Virus record (IMG/VR): IMGVR_UViG_2654588123_000001
Span: 1 to 64,000 of that record
Reading direction: 5' to 3' (one strand)
From: a virus
Lineage: Duplodnaviria > Caudoviricetes
DNA: 64,000 bases
Part shown: piece after piece, positions 45,355 to 55,701 of the stretch
Numbering within the stretch: the first letter of the stretch is position 1
How the letters are laid out: each line of letters opens with the position of its first letter
Position numbers and translations under genes: made by a program
The notes under the pieces: model-generated
What the model was told of the DNA's origin: nothing
What the model saw: the letters and a program-made list of their open reading frames with translations, nothing else
Database searches by the model: none

Positions 45355-46977
45355 TCATTTTATCAACTTATTTAAATTAGTAATTCTCATGAATTCTGGT
45401 TTTCGCATTTGTTTTAACAATGCAATACTGATTTCTTGATTGTTAATCAAAGCCATAATTTTATGATATGTTTGAAGGTAACCGTTCCTCTTTAACAGTC
45501 TTATGCCGTAATACGCCCACATAGGAATAGGAACCATCTGCCCACAAATACAATTCGTTAACGACTTTGCTAACTCTTTATCTTCAATTTCAATTCTTTG
45601 CCCCTTAACGTGTGCTTTGATATGAAAAGCAATTCCCGATTCAATGATTAAATACATCTCATTTGTGTTAGTTTTGTAAGGAATTGCGGTTAACGCACTT
45701 CTAATCGGTTCATAACGAAACGTCCGGTTTAAACTCCCAATATATAACTCCATTTTGCTGTTCGCAATTACTGAAAAATCGGACTTAAAGATATCCTCTG
45801 TTACTTTATCCCATGGGGTTATTACATGATTTGGCCGTTCAATTTGTATTTCGTATGAAAAGTTTGGCCTAATAATAAACCTATCCTGAAAAACGGCTTC
45901 CCTTCCAACATATTTCCTGTCAACAGAAAGAATTGATGGCGTTTTCCCAACATAAATCTCAGTAGTATAACCACCTGAACGGTTTCTATGCAAGTCAACA
46001 GGTGCTGTCGCAAATTCTTTATACAGATACACATTTGGGCTGCTATTGCCGCTTGAAACAGAACAAACAACAGAAGAATTATTTTTAACAGGAATAAAAA
46101 ATTCTTGAACCACTACCGGTGGCCATAACGGAATTAACTCAGGTTGTTTTTCTAATAACACTACCCCAAAAAACCTGTTAAAATAGTCGCTAACGGCCAA
46201 AAAACGAGCTTTGTTATCTAAATCTACGTTGATTTCAAATACATACACCTTGTAAGCGTTATTTTTTAAGTACAGTTTTCCTATCTCTGTACATTTTATT
46301 TCTTTATGAGGCGGAATGCCAATCTTTGTCACAAGATAGTAGGTGCGTTGTGTCGAAATACAGTCCCCTCTGCGGATTTTTTTCCCGCCGGTTTCTTCAA
46401 AAGAAAATATAGCGCCACCAACGCCAAAACCATCCGCAAAACCTGCCCATTGTTTTGAAAACAATCGCATTGAAGAAGTACCGCTAATTTCAATACTATA
46501 GTTTCTAGTATTTTTAGGAACAAAATTTACAGGTATCAGTGTGAGCCGGTCTTCAAAAAAGTTGCTCGAATCTATTCTTTTGGCGATTTTAGTATTGTTA
46601 TCACCAATAATATTAACTATCAACTTTTGCGTTTCCGCTTGCATGAGAAGATGTCTGCCTATGGCAGGGAACCCTATATTTAATTGCAGGTTACCGCTGA
46701 CAACACCAGTTAAATATAACGACAGTCCAACCCGTTGGTACAGGCTTAATTTAGCATGACCGTCTACCCTTTTGTCACATTCAGGCGTTTGATCTGTTTT
46801 GACTTTATGATAAAAGTGATTAGGTTGGTTACCACCTTTTGATCTAAAATAAACAATCTCGCCGCATTCAGGACAGCGAAAACGTGACAATTTATTAGGA
46901 ATGTACTTTCCATAAAAATCATCAGCACAAACCTCTATTTCTGTCCCAATCGCATACCTGTCAACTGCGTATCTCAC
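45355..46977 (-). CDS. 540-aa hypothetical protein with N-terminal Zn-ribbon
   Basis: FRCPECGEIVYF...NHFYH...CDKR (CoiA-like Zn ribbon); GTG start with GGAGG RBS; AT-rich. Confidence 0.75.
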   Translation of the reverse strand: MRYAVDRYAIGTEIEVCADDFYGKYIPNKLSRFRCPECGEIVYFRSKGGNQPNHFYHKVKTDQTPECDKRVDGHAKLSLYQRVGLSLYLTGVVSGNLQLNIGFPAIGRHLLMQAETQKLIVNIIGDNNTKIAKRIDSSNFFEDRLTLIPVNFVPKNTRNYSIEISGTSSMRLFSKQWAGFADGFGVGGAIFSFEETGGKKIRRGDCISTQRTYYLVTKIGIPPHKEIKCTEIGKLYLKNNAYKVYVFEINVDLDNKARFLAVSDYFNRFFGVVLLEKQPELIPLWPPVVVQEFFIPVKNNSSVVCSVSSGNSSPNVYLYKEFATAPVDLHRNRSGGYTTEIYVGKTPSILSVDRKYVGREAVFQDRFIIRPNFSYEIQIERPNHVITPWDKVTEDIFKSDFSVIANSKMELYIGSLNRTFRYEPIRSALTAIPYKTNTNEMYLIIESGIAFHIKAHVKGQRIEIEDKELAKSLTNCICGQMVPIPMWAYYGIRLLKRNGYLQTYHKIMALINNQEISIALLKQMRKPEFMRITNLNKLIK

Positions 46978-47102
46978 GTTCCGATCCTCCGGTATTGGAT
47001 TATCTTTATGCTTATATTTGAATATAAAGCGTTATAACATTTTATCAAATTGGTTCCGACATTTTTGCTTAAACATGACTTTTTCTATTCGCAAGTATTT
47101 AT

Positions 47103-47369
47103 CTAATCTTTAACAGCTGTATCTCTCTTCTTCCGTCGGCTCCAACGCCGGTATTCCAACATTACGCAGAAATACAAAAACGCAATGATGGACACCATCG
47201 CCACCAGGAATGCCAGCTCATCCAGTTCCTTGAACACGACGGCGGCCTGCATCAGTACATTGCTCCTGTCCGAGAATTCGTAGATATACACTTGTCCCGC
47301 CATACCTGTTATCATGCCTATCAGGCCGGCAACCAATCCTGTCTTGCAATAACGCAATTTACGAAACAT
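47103..47369 (-). CDS. Small two-TM membrane protein
   Basis: Two hydrophobic segments and a basic tail; own TATAAT promoter upstream (~47395-47400). Confidence 0.6.
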   Translation of the reverse strand: MFRKLRYCKTGLVAGLIGMITGMAGQVYIYEFSDRSNVLMQAAVVFKELDELAFLVAMVSIIAFLYFCVMLEYRRWSRRKKRDTAVKD

Positions 47370-47425
47370 GATGAATCTCCTGTCCTTATATTGCTATTAT
47401 ACCAAAAAACGCTATCACAAAAAAG

Positions 47426-47454
47426 AAAAATGCCCGGGGCAATAACCCGGGCAT
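47426..47454 (-). terminator. Terminator of the replication operon
   Basis: TGCCCGGG...CCCGGGCA stem followed by a T-tract on the minus strand. Confidence 0.75.
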
Positions 47455-47466
47455 GACTCAATACTT

Positions 47467-47877
47467 TTATTCCTTTTCCCCGTCCAAATACTCTATCGCC
47501 TTGTCATGGATGTAATGCACGTTCCGGAGCCTGTACCCCATGGTGACAGCGATTTCTTCCCATTTGCGGAAATTCAGGTACCGTAGTTCAAGTACTGTGC
47601 GGTAATCAACATTAGGAATGGATTCTATCGTTTTCCTCAATTCCCGCTTCAGATCGACCAAGCTGTCGATGTCTGCATTGATCTCGTTTTGCAGGTCCAC
47701 TATTTTGCAGATGGTTTCTTCCCTTTTATGGACATCACGGGTACCGCTGACAGGCTCGTTCCCGAACGTCGTGGTAGCCTTTGTGGCCAATGCGTTCAGG
47801 GCTTCCATCTGTTCCAGTTTGTTATCAATGCGCACATCTATGTAATAGGCCTGCTTCAATAATTCTACTGCTCCCAT
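47467..47877 (-). CDS. DUF1492/ArpU-like late transcriptional activator
   Basis: LKQAYYIDVRIDNKLEQ...RTVLELRYLNFRKWEEIAVTMGY...IHDKAI. Confidence 0.85.
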   Translation of the reverse strand: MGAVELLKQAYYIDVRIDNKLEQMEALNALATKATTTFGNEPVSGTRDVHKREETICKIVDLQNEINADIDSLVDLKRELRKTIESIPNVDYRTVLELRYLNFRKWEEIAVTMGYRLRNVHYIHDKAIEYLDGEKE

Positions 47878-48077
47878 ATTCTCTCATCCTCCTTCTGCAA
47901 TGCCGCTGCCAACACCTCCGGCTTCAAGTCTGTGATGGCGGAAAAGTCACCGGACAGTATCCAGGCTATGATCTTTGCCTTTTCCGGGTTTGTTTTAGCC
48001 GTCCCCGTTTCCTTCCGGTAATCCTGCACAGCTTGTATGATGATGGCATTCGCCAGTCTTTCATAGGGGTCTAACAT
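47865..48077 (-). CDS. Conserved small phage protein
   Basis: PYERLANAIIIQAVQDYRK pattern; coupled to its neighbours. Confidence 0.7.
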   Translation of the reverse strand: MLDPYERLANAIIIQAVQDYRKETGTAKTNPEKAKIIAWILSGDFSAITDLKPEVLAAALQKEDERIWEQ

Positions 48078-48078
48078 A

Positions 48079-49431
48079 TCATACCTCCAGCACCGCTTTC
48101 ACGGCGTCAATCAGTGCGGCCTGCGTCTCATCCTTCCGGTTCAATGCAGCCATCACTTGTTCATCCATGGTATCTTCCGTCAGGATATGGTGGATGACCA
48201 CCGGTTCCTTCTGCCCCTGCCGCCACAGGCGTGCGTTGGTCTGCTGGTAGAGTTCCAGGCTCCAGGTCAGCCCAAACCAGATAAGCGTGCAGCCACCATA
48301 CTGAAGGTTCAACCCATGCCCGGCAGATGCAGGATGGATGACTGCCACGGGAATCTTCCCTCCGTTCCAGTCAGTAATATCCCGCGCGGTCTTCAGTTCA
48401 CGGACATCGAACCGCTTACGGATCCGAGCCAGGTCATGCCGGAACCAGTAACACACCAGGATGGGTTTTCCGTTTGCGGCTTCTATCAGATCTTCCAACG
48501 CATCCAGTTTCCGGTCATGTATGTGATGCTCATTATGCTCTGCGTCATAGATTGCACCGTTTGCCATCTGCAGCAGCTTGTTGGTCAGCGCTGCTGCGTT
48601 CATGGCATCAATCTCTTCATCGCCCAGGGAAAGCACCATCTGTTTGCGGAACTCTTCATACATCCCCCGTTCCCTGTCGGACAGTTTCACCTTCACCTCG
48701 TTATGGATGCAGGCAGGGAGGTCCAGGTAATCCTCCGCTTTCATGGAGATGGTGATGTCCGAGATGGCGTTATAGATCTGTTCCTCTGCGCCCGGGCGGA
48801 GTTTGTAAGTGAACACCACCTGGGCATTCCGCTTATCCGGCAAAAAATACCGGTCACGGTAACGGCTGATATATCTTCCCAGCCGGGCTCCGTAGTCCAG
48901 TATCTTAAATTCTGCAAACAAATCCATGAGGCCGTTGCTAGACGGGGTACCGGTAAGGCCGACAATCCTTGACACCAGGCTCCTTACCGACATAAGGCTG
49001 CGGAAGCGTTTTGCCTGATGGTTCTTGAACGATGACAGTTCATCGATTACAACCATGTCAAAGTCAAAGGGTATCCCGCTTTCCTCCACCAGCCACTGCA
49101 CGTTCTCCCGGTTGATGATGTAAATATCAGCCTTTGCCCGTAATGCGGCCAGCCTCTCATCCTTAGAACCAATAGCCACAGCATACGTCAGCCCTTCCAG
49201 ATGATCCCACTTCTCTATCTCCGCAGGCCAGGTGTCCCTGCCGACACGCAACGGGGCTATGACAAGAACCCTGCCCACTTCAAAACGTTCATATATAAGT
49301 TCCTTAATGGCTGTCAGGGTGATAACAGTCTTGCCTCAACCCAAGCCCATATCCAGAAATACCGCCGCAATAGCGCGGTTCACAATATAATCAATCGCAT
49401 ACTGCTGGTAACCATGTGGTACGAACTTCAT
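48079..49431 (-). CDS. SNF2-like helicase interrupted by an in-frame TGA in Walker A (pseudogene or recoded)
   Basis: ATG 49431 gives MKFVPHGYQQYAIDY...FLDMGLG-TGA(49338-49336)-GKTVITLTA, in frame with VVIDELS, GLTGTP, GHGLNLQ and QTNARLWRQG. Confidence 0.88.
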
Positions 49432-49715
49432 CAGGCATCACCTCCAATCTTCTGTAACACTTCTTCTATCTGATCTGTTCCGTCCACCACAAACACCTGG
49501 AAACCCAGCCGCCGGAGCTGGCTGATACGCCTTATCTGCAGCGGCCTTGGCTTCCTTCCGGGCGCCTTTACTTCCACAAACGCAGCCTTGCCCCCAGGCA
49601 TCAGTACCAGGCGGTCGGGTACACCGGCACAGCCGGGAGAGATGAACTTCAGCGCCACCCCTCCCAATCGTGACGTCATTCTGACTAACTTCTGTTCAAT
49701 CCGCTTCTCTTCCAT
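49431..49715 (-). CDS. VRR-NUC domain nuclease
   Basis: SPGCAGVPDRLVL...FVEVKAPGRKPRPLQ. Confidence 0.9.
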   Translation of the reverse strand: MEEKRIEQKLVRMTSRLGGVALKFISPGCAGVPDRLVLMPGGKAAFVEVKAPGRKPRPLQIRRISQLRRLGFQVFVVDGTDQIEEVLQKIGGDA

Positions 49716-51936
49716 CAAGGAACTCCTCCACACGCAGGCGTAGTCCCAGGATGAACCGCCCTTTCATGTTCCGGTACTTCTCGAACCCGGCGTTCTGCAG
49801 CGCCGCATAGAAATCGGAAGTGCTTCGGGCGTATTCACCCATGCGCATACAGTAATTCCGGTACTGCGTATACAGGTTACCGGACCGTTCCTGGTACCTC
49901 TTGTCCACATCACAGCAGTCTTCAATGAAATGTCCCAGCCAGTTGTTGCTGTCGCGGTACTCGTGGATAGCATCCTCAACAATCCGGGGTCGGGCTATGT
50001 GGAACTTGTCCTTTATGATGGCCTGCGCGCCTTCGATGATCCATGCAAGGATGGCGGGACCGGCCTTTTCAACCAGGTAGTCCCCGTAGTTCTTGATGTC
50101 ATCCCTGCCCTCTATCTTTGCCAGGAACGGTATCACTATAAGCCGCCGCCATGTGCCGGGGTCGTTCGCACCCACCCTGGGAAGGTAGTTACTGTACAGC
50201 ACCAGCGTATGGGTCGGTGTGAAGTAAAACGGATCCTTGTATTTCTTCTCTGCGTAGATGTCATCGGTACTGCAAAGCTGTTTGATGTTGCTGGTATTGA
50301 GCCTCTGCCCTTCTTCCAGCTCGGCTGCAATCAGCAACCGCTTCCCCTTTGCCTCCGCAAGCTCCGGTTTCACGTTCCGCTTGCAGCCGACCGTCAGCGT
50401 ATCCGCCGACATCTTCCCGGCATAGGTGCCAAGGACATAGGCGATGGTGTTCCAAAAGGTTGACTTCCCGTTCCTCCCGTCGCCGTAGGCGATGATGAAG
50501 GCCTCCACATACACCTTTCCGATAGCCGCAAGTCCTGCGATGCGCTGGACGTAATCTACCAGTTCCCGGTCCCCACGGAAGAAGATGTCCAAGGCTTCCA
50601 TCCAGGTATCCATCCCATCATAACCGGGTGATACATTGGTAATCTTGGTGATATAGTCCCCCGCCTGGTGTTCCCGGATGCCGTCCAGCCCGTCCGGCAG
50701 ATAATAGGTGCCTTCCGGTGTATTCAGAAGGAAGCCGTCCCTGTCCAGTTCTCTCTCACTGATAGTGAGCATCGGCGTCGCGGCGACCAGGCAGGACTTG
50801 AGATACTTCGTGTCCCTGCGGGTGATGACGAACTGATGATACTGGACGGCATTCCTGTATGCGTCATAGGCCTTGCGCTGGTTATCGTCCATCAGCTGCA
50901 TGGCCTTCGTCTTGCTGTTGGTCAGGAGGATGGTGGCGGCACCCTGGTCGGCGATGACCGTCCACGCCTTTGCCATCATGTCCTCCGCTTCCTTCATCTG
51001 CCTGTCCGTCAGTTCCTGGCAGGCGCCCAATGCAAGTTCCCTGGATTCGTCCCAGTTCTTACCGTTATAGCGGATGAAACCGGTCGCCGGGGAATATCGC
51101 AGTTCATCCCGGAACTCCCTTGCCAGCACACGCGCCTGCCCCACATCGGAGTAATCAGCGGGTTTCAGCGTGAACTCCGCGTTGAACACTTCCGGCGGGA
51201 TGTACCCCGGCTGGCTTGTCACCTTCCTGCCGAACTTCACGGCGCTCTTCCATATCTTGTTCAGTTCCTCATCGTCCAACGGAGGGTTGCATTTTGATGC
51301 CTGCTCCATAAAGGCCTGATACGCCTCCGGTGTGTCACCCAGCCGTTTGATGATGCGTCCGGCAAAATGTGACATGGTGGCATTACGCCTGCCTTCCGGG
51401 ATGCCTGACTCCACAGGTTGCATCAGCTGGTCGATGGTCTTTTCCCCATCGACCCAGACCACTTCCGTCTGGTCTGAACCATAGATGAACCGTGCGGCAT
51501 CCATGGCATTATCGTCAAAGAAGGGGTACTGGAACAGTATCTCCTGCTTGATGCGTACATACTCTTCCGGATCGGTGCATTCCGTTATCGGGAAATACAC
51601 ATGGAACCTGGGCCGGGCTGATTTGCCTTCCTTCGGTTTCCCATGGTTCCTGGAAAAGAAGAACGCCATCTGCACATCCGGGAATGCCTTCTTCACTTTG
51701 GCAGGCGTCACCCATTCCGTGGGTTCCTCGGTATGGTCGTTATCGCAGTCCATGACGAGGCAGTCCGCAACCAGGAAATTGTCGTTGCTGCGGTAGCTGT
51801 TCTTAAAGGCGGCGCAGACATGGTCTTTCTGCACGGCCTGCCGGAAACCGTCAGCATCCGTGATTTCGTGCCTGTGCGGGTACAGGCAGTTCTTCTCCCT
51901 GCCTGTGCAGTCCGCTGAATAAATCGTTAACTTCAT
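49696..51936 (-). CDS. Phage/plasmid primase-helicase, P4 family (PriCT + D5)
   Basis: MDCDNDH primase motif; EGRRNATM PriCT; YGDGRNGKST Walker A; AEKKYKDPF. Confidence 0.93.
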   Translation of the reverse strand: MKLTIYSADCTGREKNCLYPHRHEITDADGFRQAVQKDHVCAAFKNSYRSNDNFLVADCLVMDCDNDHTEEPTEWVTPAKVKKAFPDVQMAFFFSRNHGKPKEGKSARPRFHVYFPITECTDPEEYVRIKQEILFQYPFFDDNAMDAARFIYGSDQTEVVWVDGEKTIDQLMQPVESGIPEGRRNATMSHFAGRIIKRLGDTPEAYQAFMEQASKCNPPLDDEELNKIWKSAVKFGRKVTSQPGYIPPEVFNAEFTLKPADYSDVGQARVLAREFRDELRYSPATGFIRYNGKNWDESRELALGACQELTDRQMKEAEDMMAKAWTVIADQGAATILLTNSKTKAMQLMDDNQRKAYDAYRNAVQYHQFVITRRDTKYLKSCLVAATPMLTISERELDRDGFLLNTPEGTYYLPDGLDGIREHQAGDYITKITNVSPGYDGMDTWMEALDIFFRGDRELVDYVQRIAGLAAIGKVYVEAFIIAYGDGRNGKSTFWNTIAYVLGTYAGKMSADTLTVGCKRNVKPELAEAKGKRLLIAAELEEGQRLNTSNIKQLCSTDDIYAEKKYKDPFYFTPTHTLVLYSNYLPRVGANDPGTWRRLIVIPFLAKIEGRDDIKNYGDYLVEKAGPAILAWIIEGAQAIIKDKFHIARPRIVEDAIHEYRDSNNWLGHFIEDCCDVDKRYQERSGNLYTQYRNYCMRMGEYARSTSDFYAALQNAGFEKYRNMKGRFILGLRLRVEEFLDGREAD

Positions 51937-51997
51937 AACTTCCTCCGTTTCATATAACCGGTAACCGTTTCGTGGCTGTGATGGGAATGAAATCATC

Positions 51998-52035
51998 CCC
52001 TACTTAACAACCACGAAAGGGCTTAATAATTAAGG
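51998..52035 (-). promoter_or_regulatory. Copy C of the repeated putative phage-sigma promoter
   Basis: CCTTAATTATT-AAGCCCTTTCGT-GGTTGTTAAGTAGGGG upstream of the primase gene. Confidence 0.55.
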
Positions 52036-52039
52036 GTGT

Positions 52040-53980
52040 CTAATCTTTTTTATAGAAGTTGCATTCGTAACCGTCAGCATTCAGAATCAGGCCTTCCGCC
52101 CATACCGGCGTCTCTGCCATAATGGCGCAGACCTCTGCCACGGAAGAAACTTCGTCCGGCACTTCCAGCACCACCTCGTCGTGAATATGCATAACAATCT
52201 TGTACCCTTTATGGGACAGCCGCCGCATCGCTTCCACCAGCAGATCGCGTGCCGTGGCCTGCACGATGTTCTCCACGAACTTCGGGCCATATGATTCCAG
52301 GCGCATCCATTTCCTTTGTTCACCGATGCCTTCATAGGTGATGGAATCCCCACCGAATTTGTTTACACCGATACGGGGTTTCACGTATGCCAGCCTGCGG
52401 CCGGACGGCAGCCGGATAAAGAGTATCCCTTTCTCATAGGTAATCTTCACCCTGCCGCACTGTTGTGGTTCACGGGTGATGACACACTGTTTCACCGCCC
52501 GGTCTACTTCCCACCAGAACCGGTAGATGTGGGGACTGGCCTTCCGCCATTTTTCTACGATGACGGGCAGTTCTTCTTCGGTCAGTCCCATGTTCAGCGC
52601 CCCCATATTGGTCAGGGCTCCGACCGACCCACCATAGCCAAGCGCCAGTTCGGCAATCTTTCCCTTCTGCCGGAGATGGCTGTTGACCCCGTGCTTTTCC
52701 ACGGGTACATGGAACATGGCAGACGCGCTGGCGCAGTAAATGTCGCCATTATTGGCAAACACTTTCTGCCGCCAGGTTTCCCCTGCCAGCCAGGCGATGA
52801 CCCTTGCCTCGATAGCGGAAAAGTCAGCAACAATGAAACGGCATCCCGGTTTAGGTACAAATGCGGTACGGATCAACTGTTTCAACACATCCGACGGTGA
52901 ATCGTACAAAACTTCCAGGGCCTCAAAATTACCAGTACGTACCAGTCCCCTTGCCTCCGCCAAATCTGACAGATGGTTCTGGGGCAGGTTCTGCACCTGT
53001 ATCAGCCGGCCTGCAAACCGCCCTGTCCGGTTGGCCCCATAAAACTGGATCAACCCCCTTGCCCTGTTATCCTTGCCGACAACTTTTTCCATAGCTTCAT
53101 ATTTCTTCACGCTTGACCGCGCCAGTTCCAACCGCAGGCACAAAGCTTCACGAACACCCCCGGCCGTTTCCTTTATCTTTACCGCTACCTCTTCCTTGGC
53201 CAGCGACTCCATCTCTACGCCCTGCGAAGCCAGCCATTCCTTCATCTGTATCGGCGAGTTTGGGTTTTCCAGGCCGGTGATGGCCTGTGCCCGCTGCAGG
53301 GCATATTTTTTGAACTGTTCGTTGCACAGGATAGCGTTCTTAACCAGCACCATATCCAGTTCGATGCCGGTATCGTTAATCCGCTGATCCAGCCAGTAGT
53401 TCCGCCATTCATCTGCAGAAACCAGGAAAGCAGACATCCGCTTCTTGATTGCGAGTTCCACCTCCACATCGCGCAGATTATATGACTTAAACCTCTCCCA
53501 CTTATCAGGTGCATTAATGGGGAGATTACGGGTACGGAGACCGTTCGCCTGTGTCGGAGCGCACGGCCTGCAGAAATATTTAATCAGTTCCTTGCCTTCC
53601 TGCAGTTTCTGCTTCTCCAGCCCCAGTACGGCACCAACACCTTCCAAAGACAGCGGCAGCCCTAGGGTCGCCGCCCACACCATGGAGCAGCACCAGCCTA
53701 CCGGTGACAGGTAGATACCCAGGTACCGGGACAGGCAGACACGCTCAAAGGCAGCATTGAACGCCCATTTGATGACATCTGGGTCTGACAGGGCGGTAAT
53801 GACTTCCTTTGGGATTGTTTCACCGGTGGCCAGATCAACCACTTGCGGCTCTTCCCCATCCACGGAATAGCCGAAGAGCAGGATGGTGAAATCCGGGTCC
53901 TCCGTGTAGCGGTAAACGCCACAGTCGGCAAGGTCCGTGCCGCTGTACGTTTCAATATCAATACTGATTGATTTCATCAT
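52040..53980 (-). CDS. Phage DNA polymerase, family A
   Basis: SIDIETYS exonuclease motif; DFSAIEARV (A); RQKGKIAELALGYGG (B); HIHDEVV (C). Confidence 0.95.
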   Translation of the reverse strand: MMKSISIDIETYSGTDLADCGVYRYTEDPDFTILLFGYSVDGEEPQVVDLATGETIPKEVITALSDPDVIKWAFNAAFERVCLSRYLGIYLSPVGWCCSMVWAATLGLPLSLEGVGAVLGLEKQKLQEGKELIKYFCRPCAPTQANGLRTRNLPINAPDKWERFKSYNLRDVEVELAIKKRMSAFLVSADEWRNYWLDQRINDTGIELDMVLVKNAILCNEQFKKYALQRAQAITGLENPNSPIQMKEWLASQGVEMESLAKEEVAVKIKETAGGVREALCLRLELARSSVKKYEAMEKVVGKDNRARGLIQFYGANRTGRFAGRLIQVQNLPQNHLSDLAEARGLVRTGNFEALEVLYDSPSDVLKQLIRTAFVPKPGCRFIVADFSAIEARVIAWLAGETWRQKVFANNGDIYCASASAMFHVPVEKHGVNSHLRQKGKIAELALGYGGSVGALTNMGALNMGLTEEELPVIVEKWRKASPHIYRFWWEVDRAVKQCVITREPQQCGRVKITYEKGILFIRLPSGRRLAYVKPRIGVNKFGGDSITYEGIGEQRKWMRLESYGPKFVENIVQATARDLLVEAMRRLSHKGYKIVMHIHDEVVLEVPDEVSSVAEVCAIMAETPVWAEGLILNADGYECNFYKKD

Positions 53981-54030
53981 TCCTCCGAATACAAAAGGGC
54001 GACGGCCATTGCCGCCGCCCCGTTTATGTG

Positions 54031-54570
54031 TTAATTCAGGAAGTCATCATCGTCCAGGGAACTGAAGTCGTCTTTCGCATTGGAACGGCCGCCCAGCGGC
54101 TCACCATCTGCAATCTTCTGGATATTGCCCAACCCACAGGCGATGCCCTTGTTGCCGTTCGTGTTGTATGCGTAGAAATTGATGCTGACGCGGGCATAGC
54201 AACCGGAATAAACTTCTTCCCGGTCCAGGATGGGGTTCACTGCACGGTCAACGATTTGCGGTGCGGTTGTGCTGTTGGCGTTGACGAAGTAAGCGTTTTT
54301 GTACACTTCGTCATCTCGTTCGGTATCGCCGTCACGCAAGGGCAGTTTCAGAGCGGCCTTGTTGGGCTTCTTCCCGCCGAACTTGGCGATGCCTTCCTCG
54401 ATGGCTGCGTCCACAGCTGCATTGATTTTCTTAACAGTTTCCTTATCACTCTTCGGGATAATCAGGGAGACAGAGTATTTCGGTTTCGAATCATTGATGG
54501 AAACAGAATCCCACACATGTGCGTAGCTTAAACGAACTTTACCGGTTACAACTTTGGTAGTATTTGCCAT
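54031..54570 (-). CDS. DUF2815 family ssDNA-binding protein
   Basis: VRLSYAHVW...KYSVSLIIPK...YSGCYARVSINFYAY...GLGNIQK; acidic tail DDDDFLN. Confidence 0.92.
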   Translation of the reverse strand: MANTTKVVTGKVRLSYAHVWDSVSINDSKPKYSVSLIIPKSDKETVKKINAAVDAAIEEGIAKFGGKKPNKAALKLPLRDGDTERDDEVYKNAYFVNANSTTAPQIVDRAVNPILDREEVYSGCYARVSINFYAYNTNGNKGIACGLGNIQKIADGEPLGGRSNAKDDFSSLDDDDFLN

Positions 54571-55701
54571 TTATTTTTCCTCCTTAAAATCAGCTTTAAC
54601 GTTATTTACAGTAATCGCCGGACGCTTGTCCCCGACCGGTACCAGCGTCGGTTTGCCGGGCGGTTTTACAATGTATGCGCCCAGAATCTCACTAAATTTC
54701 TTTTTGCCCATCAGGCGTTCCATTTCGCCCAGATTGATCAGGGCCTTGCGATAGATGTCGCGGTAGCCGTTTTCTTCAGCGGCCTTTGCCACTGCTTCTT
54801 CGTCCGCATACCTTCGGATAGACCTGCCTTCTACCAGCTTAAAACCGTCCCAATGTTTCCCGTGGTTGACCGCCGCGTCCAGAGCATAGGCCTGAAGGTC
54901 GTTCGCCCACTTAACCAAGTCCGACAGCCGTGGCAGCAGGGTTTCAATCTCCTCGTCCGTCAACAGCGGAGGCAGGCCGAACTCTTCACGTGCCAGCTTA
55001 AGGTTCTCTTCCGCCCTGGCACGGCAACGGTCTGCGGCTTTGCAGAACAAGCACCAGGAACCGGGATGGTACTTGCCTTCCCCGGCAAAGGCCAATTCCG
55101 CTTTGGGCCGGAGTTCCGTCTCCGCCCAGGCCATAAGCTCCTCCACCGTCATGGTCGCCGTGGAAACGTTGTCCCGCCTGGGCTGAAAGATTGTCATATG
55201 GACGGTTTTTACATCATACAGACAGCCGAACTGCTGGATTGCACCCAATGCGTAGAGGCGCATCTGGCTATTTCCTTCGGCTTCCACCAGCACCCCTGCC
55301 CCATATTTCAGATCCATGATATGCAAGGTGTCGCCGCCGATGATGATGCAGTCACCGGTGCCGAAGCCATCAGGCACCCAGTTGGAAAAGTCCAGCCTGG
55401 TCTCCACCATCACCGTCGGCTCTGCCCCGGCTTTCCTCATCTCCGACATCTGCTCCAGGATGAATGCGGCGTAGTCATCGGTCGCCTGATTCATGACCTC
55501 ATCTTCAAACTCGGACACAGGGCGTTTGCAGAAGTACCGGAGCGCCCGTTTGATCTTGTATTCAGCCAACGCATGCGCCGCCGTTCCCTCTGCCGCTGCC
55601 GTAGTCTCCTTATCGGCAAAGGTCGCTTCCAGCCGTGCGGACGGCGGACATGACAGCCAGCGTTTGGATCCGGATGCCGTCAATAAAGCGTGTCTGCTCA
55701 T
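54571..55701 (-). CDS. DUF2800 family PD-(D/E)XK (Cas4-like) nuclease
   Basis: HALLTASGSKRWLSCP; FGTGDCII; DLKYG; QMRLYALG; WCLFCKA...CRAR. Confidence 0.9.
   Translation of the reverse strand: MSRHALLTASGSKRWLSCPPSARLEATFADKETTAAAEGTAAHALAEYKIKRALRYFCKRPVSEFEDEVMNQATDDYAAFILEQMSEMRKAGAEPTVMVETRLDFSNWVPDGFGTGDCIIIGGDTLHIMDLKYGAGVLVEAEGNSQMRLYALGAIQQFGCLYDVKTVHMTIFQPRRDNVSTATMTVEELMAWAETELRPKAELAFAGEGKYHPGSWCLFCKAADRCRARAEENLKLAREEFGLPPLLTDEEIETLLPRLSDLVKWANDLQAYALDAAVNHGKHWDGFKLVEGRSIRRYADEEAVAKAAEENGYRDIYRKALINLGEMERLMGKKKFSEILGAYIVKPPGKPTLVPVGDKRPAITVNNVKADFKEEK

Noticed and set aside
54571-55701. Cas4-like nuclease suggesting CRISPR
   Set aside because: This is a DUF2800 phage replication nuclease; no repeat-spacer array or other cas genes were seen in the window.
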